Shown piece by piece: positions 38,357-46,716 of a stretch of DNA of 64,000 nucleotides. Position numbers and translations under genes: made by a program. Under the pieces are notes generated by a model. It did not search any database. It worked only from the letters and a program-made list of their open reading frames with translations, and was not told the DNA's origin. Every line of letters starts with the position of its first letter. The stretch's first letter is position 1. The DNA comes from an uncultured Candidatus Saccharibacteria bacterium (lineage in GTDB: Bacteria; Patescibacteriota; Minisyncoccia; Phycocordibacterales; JACOZG01), in assembly GCA_965230925.1 (NCBI GenBank), contig OZ246403.1, positions 330,455 to 394,454 of the forward strand, in the 5' to 3' direction.

Positions 38357-38914
38357 CTACTTCTGGCGGTGTGATTCTGGCGACACCTTCTCCGGCCCAC
38401 GATCCTTATACCGCGTAATGAAGCCACGCAAGCGGTCTAGACCATCCTGCCCCAGAGCTCCGTCGGTTAGGTCAAACTTATCCACTCGGGTCCAGGCCAC
38501 AATGGCAATATCTTTATCGTTCGCCGCTCGAGGGGTCACTATTAGCCAAGGTTCTTCAGCGCTAAGTGATTTCAGCTGGCTAATCACAGACTCAGACAAG
38601 GTGGGCCGATACGCGAGCCAAATTTCACCGTGCTCGAGGTTGTGAATAATTAATTCATCGGTAGGAGTGGTGTCGGTAGCATCATAGAAGCCGAGGCCAG
38701 CCGTCGTTTCTCCAATATGTGGCCCGGAAGATGGCGGGTTGGAATTATATGGTCCGTGCTCATCACCGAAGCCAATATGTTCCTGGCTCACTTGATCATA
38801 AGAAACGCTCAAGTCAGGAGAGTCCGGCAAACGATTCTGCACTCCCCGAACCAGAAGCCAACCTAAACCGACAATGATAACCAAAATTAGAACAATACTA
38901 ACAATTTTATTCAT
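38357..38914 (-). CDS. DUF3105-like membrane-anchored protein
   Basis: YNSNPPSSGPH, HNLEHGEIWLAY, IVAW, GPE motifs; N-terminal TM; starts 4 nt after the previous stop. Confidence 0.8.
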   Translation of the reverse strand: MNKIVSIVLILVIIVGLGWLLVRGVQNRLPDSPDLSVSYDQVSQEHIGFGDEHGPYNSNPPSSGPHIGETTAGLGFYDATDTTPTDELIIHNLEHGEIWLAYRPTLSESVISQLKSLSAEEPWLIVTPRAANDKDIAIVAWTRVDKFDLTDGALGQDGLDRLRGFITRYKDRGPEKVSPESHRQK

Positions 38915-38918
38915 TCTT

Positions 38919-40124
38919 CTATTCTGTAGGTTCAGGGGCCGGTTCGTCAACTGATTCTTCGGATGGTTCTTCCTCTACCTCCTCTTCTTCAGGCTCTTCT
39001 TCAACCTCCGTTTCCTCTTCTTCCTCTTCCGATGCTTCAACTACTTCCTCCTGCGGTTCTTCAGAAGGTTCTTCAACCTCTTCTTCTTCTTCTGTTTCTT
39101 CCTCTGCTACAACCTCCACCTCTTCAGTTTCTGGTTCAACAACTTCTTCCTCAAGTTCAGGCTGAATCTCTTCCATTTTTTCTTCTGGTGTTGTTTCAAG
39201 CTCATTCTCCGTATTACCAGCGCTTGAATCAATTTCTTTTGGCTTAACTTCTTCCACCCCTTCCGGCTCAAGTTTTTCTTCCGGTTCCTCTTTTTTCTCC
39301 TCAGTAATCTCTGGCTCTTCTTCTTTCACTTCATCCACTAGGTACGAGACATCGGCTGGAGTATCAAGAATCTCAACCCCCTCCCAATCAGATCGCTCAA
39401 AAATACATTCCGGCGCCTGAGGATTACGCTCTTCATAAAATTGATTGATCGATTTCCCCACAATCGCCGCGGCTACAAGCTCGCTCGGCGTCGGGTCAGA
39501 TAAAGTTAAAATTTCTTCAATTTCTTCTGCCGCTTCTTGAATAGTGGAGTAAACACCAAGACCAAGATGGTCGAAGGCGTCGCTACCCATATCGGCTCCC
39601 GCGAGCAAAGCATCTGGGTCGAGCCGACCAGAAACCAAATTTAACTCCAGCGCGAGACCATGAGCCTTAGCATAACAACGCGCGCCCTCCACCGTGTCGA
39701 CACTCGGGCATGGGAAAGAGGCGTGATCGTCAAACAAAACACAAATTTCATTACCCGAAATAGCGCCGAAGGCACCGGAAAAATTATTGCTTAAGATATT
39801 TACCTGACTCGCCCAAATATTTTCTCCTTTCCCACCGTCACAACCATCGTGATCTTGCCAAATTTTGGACGAACTGCTGACGCAAGCGCTCGCCTCCCGA
39901 TCAATCACCGCGGTCACATTGAGCACATGAGCCTCAAAAGCGGAAAGTTGGATGGAAGCGGCAAACACAATACCAAACGCCACCACCAGAGAAGGTAAGG
40001 TGAAGCGCCCTAAGATTATTTTTAAAATCGGGTTCGGAGCTGGCGCCACGTGAGGCAAAACGGTCGGAACAGAAACAATTTCTGTTTCCTTTTTCCTTAG
40101 AGCATCAACGTGTCGCCTGGTCAT
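38919..40124 (-). CDS. AFEAH-motif protein with Cys-containing helical domain and long Glu/Pro-rich tail
   Basis: TM/signal segment then LSAFEAHVLNVTA; last ~135 aa dominated by Glu. Confidence 0.75.
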   Translation of the reverse strand: MTRRHVDALRKKETEIVSVPTVLPHVAPAPNPILKIILGRFTLPSLVVAFGIVFAASIQLSAFEAHVLNVTAVIDREASACVSSSSKIWQDHDGCDGGKGENIWASQVNILSNNFSGAFGAISGNEICVLFDDHASFPCPSVDTVEGARCYAKAHGLALELNLVSGRLDPDALLAGADMGSDAFDHLGLGVYSTIQEAAEEIEEILTLSDPTPSELVAAAIVGKSINQFYEERNPQAPECIFERSDWEGVEILDTPADVSYLVDEVKEEEPEITEEKKEEPEEKLEPEGVEEVKPKEIDSSAGNTENELETTPEEKMEEIQPELEEEVVEPETEEVEVVAEEETEEEEEVEEPSEEPQEEVVEASEEEEEETEVEEEPEEEEVEEEPSEESVDEPAPEPTE

Positions 40125-40133
40125 AATTTATTT

Positions 40134-40565
40134 TTACTTTTCCTCGCGGAGGTTGTTGGCCGCCACCGTAATCGACCCCAAGTAAGGAATGTGAACCGGG
40201 TTCTTCCCCCAAGTAACGGCGCGACCCACCACGCTCTCATACTTCACCGGCGCATCGTTGTCGAAGTTGGCATCACCCTTGGTGGTCAACATTTTCTCAT
40301 CAAGCTCCACAATACGGTGAATGGTAAAGCCGGGTCCGCCCTCATTGCGAAACACAATTACATCACCAACCTTTAGCACTTCTCGCGGCACACCCTTAAT
40401 AAACACCAAGTCGCCTTCGTTCAACACCGGCCACATGGAGCCCGAAGTAATCGCCGCCATGGGGTAAGGCGTGTTTAAGCTCCAAGAAAGAAATTTAGGC
40501 AAGCCCCAAACAAGGCCGCCCACAATGACGATGTAAATGATTAAATTGAAAAGAAATTTTTTCAT
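40134..40565 (-). CDS. sipW: Signal peptidase I, SipW/Sec11 (S26B) type
   Basis: AITSGSMWP, GDLV, TIHRIV (Ser-His type), TKGDANFDND. Confidence 0.88.
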   Translation of the reverse strand: MKKFLFNLIIYIVIVGGLVWGLPKFLSWSLNTPYPMAAITSGSMWPVLNEGDLVFIKGVPREVLKVGDVIVFRNEGGPGFTIHRIVELDEKMLTTKGDANFDNDAPVKYESVVGRAVTWGKNPVHIPYLGSITVAANNLREEK

Positions 40566-41044
40566 CACAAGGTGGGAATCTTGAAGAGAAAGACTCGACC
40601 GTCGTAGGTATCGCCCACCACGGCGGAGGCAGGCATATAGGTGGTAAAGTTGATCTGAGCTTCTTCACGCGGAGCAAGGCGGAAATAATTTTTATCCGTT
40701 TTCATTAAGGTGCGGATACCGCCCGTCTTGAAGGTGATGATAAACATCGGAATTGGTGTGTCATTATCTATCGTTACTCGCCGCACGGCCGCTGTCCCCC
40801 GTGAGAGATCGCCGAAGTCGAGCGCCTCGTCGGTCGGATTAACCCCCACCTTCCCCTCGCCATCAATCACCTTCACCAAGGCTCGGTATTTATTGGCATC
40901 CAAGCTCACATAAGCGAGAAAAATGAGGACGATCACCAAGACCCAAAGAATAACCTTATCGAGAAGAGATAAGGGTCGGCCAGCTTGCCGCTCGAGCCAC
41001 TTGGTAATCTTCCACTTATTATTGATGATATTTTCTGTTTCCAT
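40565..41044 (-). CDS. Single-pass membrane protein related to the subunit N-terminal motif
   Basis: TM helix, then VGVNPTDEALDFGDL, resembling LSVxxxxLDFGTV of the paralogs. Confidence 0.7.
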   Translation of the reverse strand: METENIINNKWKITKWLERQAGRPLSLLDKVILWVLVIVLIFLAYVSLDANKYRALVKVIDGEGKVGVNPTDEALDFGDLSRGTAAVRRVTIDNDTPIPMFIITFKTGGIRTLMKTDKNYFRLAPREEAQINFTTYMPASAVVGDTYDGRVFLFKIPTL

Positions 41045-41065
41045 AATTTAATTAATTGCTCTAAC

Positions 41066-41095
41066 CTCCAGCCTACCACGCTTGGTAAGCCGGAG
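41066..41095 (-). promoter_or_regulatory. Intra-operon 13-bp hairpin without U tract
   Basis: CTCCGGCTTACCA-AGCG-TGGTAGGCTGGAG; GU pairs form on the minus-strand RNA. Confidence 0.6.
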
Positions 41096-41104
41096 AAAGA
41101 ACAA

Positions 41105-41845
41105 TTAATGAATCCCCGTCACTTCAACCCACAAGTCGCAAGCGAAGGTCTCCCCCTCAAGCGCCGGCGGCAGTTGATACTGCACCGGATCACCAGCGTC
41201 AGGATTGAGGCCATGAACGAAGTCTGCCCAATCTTGAGCACACTCACCCGTGAAGCACGGCACCGCAAGATCCACATCCCAAGTATCAGATGGATCATTA
41301 CCAATCGTACTGCCACTCGAGCTGAACTTCACCATCTTCCCGGTCGCAAATTCAGTTTCCGGATCATGGAAGGGTGGTAAACCCACATCATTGTTCCTGT
41401 TCGCTCCGGTGCTCGGATGATTATCCGGATGCTTCGAGAGCGCCGAACACATCGTGGGATAACAATTGTCGTAGTACGGATCGCTTGGGTCATTGGCATC
41501 AGCTGGACTATTCAAGTGACACCAATCGCGCGCCGCTTCTGGTCCACCAAGGGTCGCAATCATGTTTTCCCTCGGGCGCGGCTTCTGCTTAATCACATAT
41601 TCCACCGTCCCCACTCGCGTCTGGTTAGTCGCCGAGAAAGATTCGCTGAAAGCGATGAAGAAGGACGTGAAAAGATGTTCCTGAGGGAAAACCGTGCCAA
41701 ACTGCAAAGATTGTGGGTGCACATAGAGCGCATTCTCAATCTTCGCGGTCACATTAATGACATGTGCCTCGAAGGCGGCGAAGAGTGGCGCGGTAATAAC
41801 CACCAGGGCTAGACTCAAGAAACCAACTAATAATTTTGTTTTCAT
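41105..41845 (-). CDS. Putative fibre subunit, paralog 4
   Basis: Signal peptide + FAAFEAHVINVTAKIENAL..FGTVFPQEHL; WDVDLAVPCF..CAQDW; CDLWVEV. Confidence 0.8.
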   Translation of the reverse strand: MKTKLLVGFLSLALVVITAPLFAAFEAHVINVTAKIENALYVHPQSLQFGTVFPQEHLFTSFFIAFSESFSATNQTRVGTVEYVIKQKPRPRENMIATLGGPEAARDWCHLNSPADANDPSDPYYDNCYPTMCSALSKHPDNHPSTGANRNNDVGLPPFHDPETEFATGKMVKFSSSGSTIGNDPSDTWDVDLAVPCFTGECAQDWADFVHGLNPDAGDPVQYQLPPALEGETFACDLWVEVTGIH

Positions 41846-41861
41846 TAATTTAAGTTACTCA

Positions 41862-42692
41862 CTACACCGCATCAGTCGTAACTCCACTTACTTCTACCCA
41901 CAAGTCACAGCCCATAATCTTGCCGCGATTCTCTTGCGGCTGCACAAACTCGGCCGGAATTGCTTGCGGGTTAATACCGAGCACAAACTCTTCCCAATCT
42001 TGGGCGCACTGACCGCCGAAGCATGGTACGGCGAGGTCAATGGTCCAATTGTCTACCGTATCCTGCGGACTGTTCTTGGAAAGAATACCGTCGGCATCCT
42101 TCCAGCGAATCCAAGCTTCTTCCGTGATCCCTGGAGTGTTTGGGTTGTCGCCACCGAAGATCTTCCAAGGATGATGGAAGGAAGGCAAGGTCTCGTCATT
42201 GTTTGGCGTATTGTCATCCTCTTTGGAAATATATTCACAAAGTGATGGCAATACTCCCCAAGTCTCGTTCTCACCGAGTTCTCGCGGCGCCTCGCCGCAA
42301 TCGATACGATAATGCGTCTCGTCTTCGATCTCCGGCGTGCCAGGATCATCACCCAGAATAATGTGGCCAGTCGCGGTGTTCTGCGAATCAAACTGGGTAC
42401 CCTCTTCTGAAGTAATGGCGCACTTCGGCTTCTGACGAATGAAGTATTCTACATTGTCTACTCGAGTCTGACCGGCGTCTAAGAATGATTCAGACAAGCT
42501 AACGGCCATTGGTTTATCGAGATGCTCCTGCGGAAACACTGTCCCAAAATCAAGGGAATTAGTGTTTACCGAAAGGGCATTCTCAATCTTGGCTGTCACA
42601 TTAATGACATGGGCCTCGAAGGCGGCGAAGGCCGGCAAGAAGACCACCGCAATGGCTAAGCTCAAGAATCCCAGAAATATTTTGCCTTTCAT
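41862..42692 (-). CDS. Putative fibre subunit, paralog 3
   Basis: Same motifs; RQKPKC, PSLCEYISK, WTIDLAVPCFGG.CAQDW, GCDLWVEV. Confidence 0.8.
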   Translation of the reverse strand: MKGKIFLGFLSLAIAVVFLPAFAAFEAHVINVTAKIENALSVNTNSLDFGTVFPQEHLDKPMAVSLSESFLDAGQTRVDNVEYFIRQKPKCAITSEEGTQFDSQNTATGHIILGDDPGTPEIEDETHYRIDCGEAPRELGENETWGVLPSLCEYISKEDDNTPNNDETLPSFHHPWKIFGGDNPNTPGITEEAWIRWKDADGILSKNSPQDTVDNWTIDLAVPCFGGQCAQDWEEFVLGINPQAIPAEFVQPQENRGKIMGCDLWVEVSGVTTDAV

Positions 42693-42738
42693 GTTATTCG
42701 GTTATTACGGAATTTAAGGTAATTGAATCAACCAAGAG

Positions 42739-43569
42739 TTACGGGGCGGGTGTTGGATTAACTTCTTCTTCAACCTCATTCACGCCAGTGACTTCAAACC
42801 ACAAGTCACAACCAAACACTTTGTGTTCATTGTTTTTGTCCTGAACATAATCATCTGGATTGGCTTGTGGGTTAATTCCGTGGACGAAATCAGCCCAATC
42901 TTGAGCGCAGTAGCCACCAAAGCAAGGCACAGCAAGATCAATGGTCCAGCTATCAGTTTGGTCGCTCGGCTTGCTCATCATTCCGTTCACCTCCGTCCAA
43001 ACAATGTTCCCATCTTGATCAATCTCAAACGGTTGGTGGAATGAGGCAAGTGCACCATCTTCCCAAGCAATCGGCTCATCGGTTTCTTCATCCCAGTCAG
43101 TTGCTTCTGAATGCTTAGAGATGTATTCACACAAAGAAGGAAGAACTCCCCAATTAGCATTCTCTGGCACACCCTCGGGGCGAGTCTCCGGCTCTTCACC
43201 ACAATCAATGGTGTAATCACCTTCCGGAGTGCTGGTGTTTACAACTACGTGACCGGTAACGGTCGAGCTTTGATCAAAGCTCTCACCACCATCCCAAGTC
43301 CAAGCACACTTAGGCTTCTGGCGGATCATGTATTCCACACTCTCGACCCGATCCTCAGCCAAAAAAGAATCTGATAAAGTAATGTCTAACTTCTTATCCA
43401 AGTGTTCTTGAGGGAAAACTGTTCCGAAGTCTAAAGGATCAACTGGCACGCTCATGGCGTTCTCAATCTTGGCGGTCACGTTGATCACGTGCGCCTCGAA
43501 GGCGGCAAACATCGGCAGAACGGTAAATACCGCCGCAAGAGTGAGAAAGCCGACTAAAATCTTTTTCAT
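42739..43569 (-). CDS. Putative fibre subunit, paralog 2
   Basis: Same motifs as neighbours, six conserved Cys. Confidence 0.8.
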   Translation of the reverse strand: MKKILVGFLTLAAVFTVLPMFAAFEAHVINVTAKIENAMSVPVDPLDFGTVFPQEHLDKKLDITLSDSFLAEDRVESVEYMIRQKPKCAWTWDGGESFDQSSTVTGHVVVNTSTPEGDYTIDCGEEPETRPEGVPENANWGVLPSLCEYISKHSEATDWDEETDEPIAWEDGALASFHQPFEIDQDGNIVWTEVNGMMSKPSDQTDSWTIDLAVPCFGGYCAQDWADFVHGINPQANPDDYVQDKNNEHKVFGCDLWFEVTGVNEVEEEVNPTPAP

Positions 43570-43600
43570 TTGTAATTATTTTTAACTAACTAATAAGGAA

Positions 43601-45508
43601 CTAAATTGCGAAACCAGTTAACTCAATACCGTCTACGCGGAAGTACTCTGAATTAGCGTTGGAATCGTTATAGAACCGCAAAAGGAACGTGGTGTTTTCA
43701 AGTGCATCAGGCAAAGTCTCAGTATGAGAACTCCAGGCAGTGTCATCGGTTAGGTCGTGCGCCTCGAGTTCCATTGGACCACCCGTTGGTGCTGCACATG
43801 TTCCTCCAGTAAAATACTGCACTCTTCCTCGTTCTGGCCCACCAGCATCAGCATCTCCCCGCCAGTAGTAAGAGAGTTCGAGGTTTTCATAACCCGTTGT
43901 GTCTACCTGACGGCAAATCCAACCATCAACCCCATCATTTGGATTTTGATCTTCAGCAATCTTAACGAAGCGACCACCGTCAGGACTCACTGTATCTTCG
44001 CCACTCATCGTTGGGTTTACCCGAGTGGTCCCGATTTCATGCTTATTCCACCCAGGAACGGTTGCCGGATCACCGTCAGTGCCAAAGCTCTCATCGAGTA
44101 AAGTCTCTTCTACTGGGTCTTGTGGTGGCGGGTCGCCCTCACCACCCATGCCGTCACCATTCTCACAATTAGCAATCGCATCGAGCACAGTTTCCAAGTC
44201 GTCGAAGTCGGCCGCTGAGTAATAATGATCCGCTCCGCTCGCAATATTATCGCGGAGATAAGCGGCGGTGGTGTCATTAATACCATCGCCTACACCGACC
44301 ACGAAGATTTCTATCCCTGCGGCCTTAGCAGCCGTTGCGGCGGCAATACCAGCCGCTTGAGCTGCCGCCTCGCCACCAGGAGTATTCGGTTGACCATCAG
44401 TAATAATCACCATGAAGTCTGGTGACTCACCGTCTGGTCGGTCATGCATATCACCAGGATTAGCGAGTTCTCCGGTTGCGAGAGTAATTCCCTCAGCCAG
44501 ATTGGTGCTACCATCGCTATCCAAAGCGTTAATAGCGGCATTGATCATCGTTTCATCACTGGTCAAGTGAGTGTCCAAACTGCCACTAGTCGAGAAACTA
44601 CTCTGACCAATGTGCACACCATCCATTTCCGGATTAAGCGCTGTCACGAATCCTAGAGCCGCATCCTTAAGCGTTTGGAGATCGCCGCCAATACTCCCCG
44701 AGCGATCGAGAACAAGCATCACATCGGCTTTACCGGCACAGCCCACGCCGCCACCAGGCAAACTAATGCCACCCACCTCGAACCACAAGTTACAACCAAA
44801 AATCTTGTGTTCATTCTCAATCGGTTGAGTGTATTCATCAGGATCAGTAACAGTAGGATTGATGCCTGTTACGAAATCGTGCCAATCCTGCGCGCAGTGA
44901 TTGCCGAAGCAAGGCACCGCAAGATCAATGGTCCAATTATCCTCGGTGTCATTGGCTGATTTAGCCAAGTAACCAGGGGTATCGTTCCAATCGATCAACC
45001 CATTCTCGCCAATCGTCCAAGGCTTGTGGAAGGAAGCGAGTGAGCCATCATTGTCTGGAGTTTGATCATCTTCTTTAGAGATATATTCACAAAGTGAAGG
45101 GAGAAGGTAATCGGGACCTTCCTGTACACCGTCGGGCCGGTCAGCATCACAATCGATGTGGTAACCTTGCTCACTCTCATCAACGACCACATGCCCAGTC
45201 CAAGTCTCGCCCACCAAGGTCTCGCCATTATCTGTGGTTACTCCACACTTTGGCTTCTGCCGAATGAAGTACTCCACATCGTCTACGCGGTCTTCCGCCA
45301 TGAAGGAGTCAGAAAGAGCCACACGTACCGGCAAATTCAGATGCTCCTGGGGAAAGACCGTGCCGAAATCGAGAAGATCGGTGCTCACCGAGAGGGCGTT
45401 CTCAATTTTGGCTGTGACATTAATCACATGGGCCTCGAAGGCGGCAAACATTGGTGCAAAAAAGACCAAAGCAGCCACCCCAAGCAAACCAGCAAAAATT
45501 TTCTTCAT
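43601..45508 (-). CDS. Putative fibre adhesin: subunit domain + vWA domain + C-terminal beta-sandwich
   Basis: FAAFEAHVINVTAKIEN domain; DVMLVLDRSGS MIDAS, STNLAEG, IITDG; Trp/Cys-containing jelly-roll-like C-domain. Confidence 0.85.
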   Translation of the reverse strand: MKKIFAGLLGVAALVFFAPMFAAFEAHVINVTAKIENALSVSTDLLDFGTVFPQEHLNLPVRVALSDSFMAEDRVDDVEYFIRQKPKCGVTTDNGETLVGETWTGHVVVDESEQGYHIDCDADRPDGVQEGPDYLLPSLCEYISKEDDQTPDNDGSLASFHKPWTIGENGLIDWNDTPGYLAKSANDTEDNWTIDLAVPCFGNHCAQDWHDFVTGINPTVTDPDEYTQPIENEHKIFGCNLWFEVGGISLPGGGVGCAGKADVMLVLDRSGSIGGDLQTLKDAALGFVTALNPEMDGVHIGQSSFSTSGSLDTHLTSDETMINAAINALDSDGSTNLAEGITLATGELANPGDMHDRPDGESPDFMVIITDGQPNTPGGEAAAQAAGIAAATAAKAAGIEIFVVGVGDGINDTTAAYLRDNIASGADHYYSAADFDDLETVLDAIANCENGDGMGGEGDPPPQDPVEETLLDESFGTDGDPATVPGWNKHEIGTTRVNPTMSGEDTVSPDGGRFVKIAEDQNPNDGVDGWICRQVDTTGYENLELSYYWRGDADAGGPERGRVQYFTGGTCAAPTGGPMELEAHDLTDDTAWSSHTETLPDALENTTFLLRFYNDSNANSEYFRVDGIELTGFAI

Positions 45509-45576
45509 ATTTTTTAATTATTAATATTTTAAATTTTAATCACTCGACCTTTTACCGGCTCTTCTTTAAACAGCCG

Positions 45577-45620
45577 AACAAAAAAGCCCAAAGTCAATTA
45601 AGACCTTGGGCTTTTTTGTT
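45577..45620 (-). terminator. Terminator-like hairpin inside the operon leader
   Basis: AACAAAAAAGCCCAA...TTGGGCTTTTTTGTT between the promoter and the first gene. Confidence 0.75.
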
Positions 45621-45660
45621 GAACTACCAAAGTTGCTGGCGGAGTAATCGTTGTAATCAT
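45598..45660 (-). CDS. Possible 20-aa leader peptide MITTITPPATLVVQQKSPRS
   Basis: ATG downstream of the promoter, stop codon in the hairpin loop; no clear SD. Confidence 0.3.
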   Translation of the reverse strand: MITTITPPATLVVQQKSPRS

Positions 45661-45700
45661 TGCTTGGCCAACAACCGATTCCCCGCGGTTGTTACCCCAG

Positions 45701-45728
45701 ATTATAGGGGTGAGAAAAATGGTGTCAA
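45701..45728 (-). promoter_or_regulatory. Consensus sigma70 promoter of the fibre operon
   Basis: TTGACA-16 nt-TATAAT; perfect DnaA box at 45748-45756. Confidence 0.8.
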
Positions 45729-45956
45729 AAGAGTTTTGGGCATTACCTGTGGATAACAAAAATCCGGGTAGGGACGCTGGTCGGGGGAAAGATTTTGTCT
45801 TGTTAAAGGACAAAATTCCGAACAACGTCCCTACCCGAATTTCTAGGTTCAAACTGTGTCCTTTGTAAGTCCTTTACGACAATTTGTCCGATAAAGACAG
45901 GATCGGACACAAGCTTGTCCTAGAACCAATACTAAGCGCCGCCCTTCTTTTGTCAA

Positions 45957-46364
45957 TCAGTTTGCGAAACGAATTGGCAAAGAGAAGGAATCGTCGTTTT
46001 CGGGAAGACCAGATGGATTGTCTTTTTCTAGAACCAGAAAACCTTTCTCACTCGCCGGTGGAGTAAAGGTAAGCTGGACGCTGAAAGGGACAAATTCTTC
46101 CGTCATCCACTCGCCTTGCGCTTGCGCTGGAGCAATAGCGAGAACATTCCCCGCCTCGTCGGTTAACTTTACCGGAAAAGAAGCTTCGAAATACCAAGTC
46201 CCTCTGGCTTCACCGGTAACCGTTAAGGGGCTAGTGATCTTCTCCCCCGCCACTGGACTGATTACCCTAATCAAAGGGTGGGTCGGACTCACTACCGATT
46301 GGGTTGAGAACCAATATACCCCCGCAACAACCAAAACAATGAACAATAAAATTAATTTCTTCAT
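45957..46364 (-). CDS. Gmad2-like immunoglobulin domain protein
   Basis: SPLTVTGEARGTWYFEASFPV, WMTEEFVPF, KDNPSGLP; N-terminal TM. Confidence 0.8.
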   Translation of the reverse strand: MKKLILLFIVLVVAGVYWFSTQSVVSPTHPLIRVISPVAGEKITSPLTVTGEARGTWYFEASFPVKLTDEAGNVLAIAPAQAQGEWMTEEFVPFSVQLTFTPPASEKGFLVLEKDNPSGLPENDDSFSLPIRFAN

Positions 46365-46443
46365 TACCTTATAGTACACACATAATGAAAGTTATAAAAA
46401 GGTGCCGCGAGCTCAAGCTCGCGGCGAATCACCTCAACGTCGC

Positions 46444-46626
46444 TCACCACCAATTCTTCGGAGGAGGAGCCGGTGGCTGATCTTTCAGACACACGCTACC
46501 CCCACAATGAGGAACTTTGCTTTTGTTTTGCCCGGGCTGAATCGCAACGTCTCTGTGGCACCTGGGACAGGCTACCACAAGGTGACCATGACCCTTTTTC
46601 CTTCCGTTTCTACCTAGTTGCGACAT
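46444..46626 (-). CDS. Small Cys-rich hypothetical protein
   Basis: AGGAGG SD, CPRC..HCGGSVC, hairpin terminator at 46404-46425. Confidence 0.55.
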   Translation of the reverse strand: MSQLGRNGRKKGHGHLVVACPRCHRDVAIQPGQNKSKVPHCGGSVCLKDQPPAPPPKNWW

Positions 46627-46716
46627 ATGACATCCTCCTGAATGTATGACACAAACCCTGACACCTAACCGGACGATCCGGTTACTACTCTAAAAGGGAA
46701 TCTTAGCAAAAACCGA

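Noticed and set aside
39910-45450. Recurrent GCCTCGAAGGCGGC as a CRISPR repeat or recombination site
   Set aside because: It encodes the AAFEA protein motif, flanking codons vary synonymously, and spacing follows gene length
45598-45852. 84-aa ORF upstream of the fibre operon
   Set aside because: Spans the consensus promoter and inverted repeats; only its last 20 codons lie in the predicted transcript
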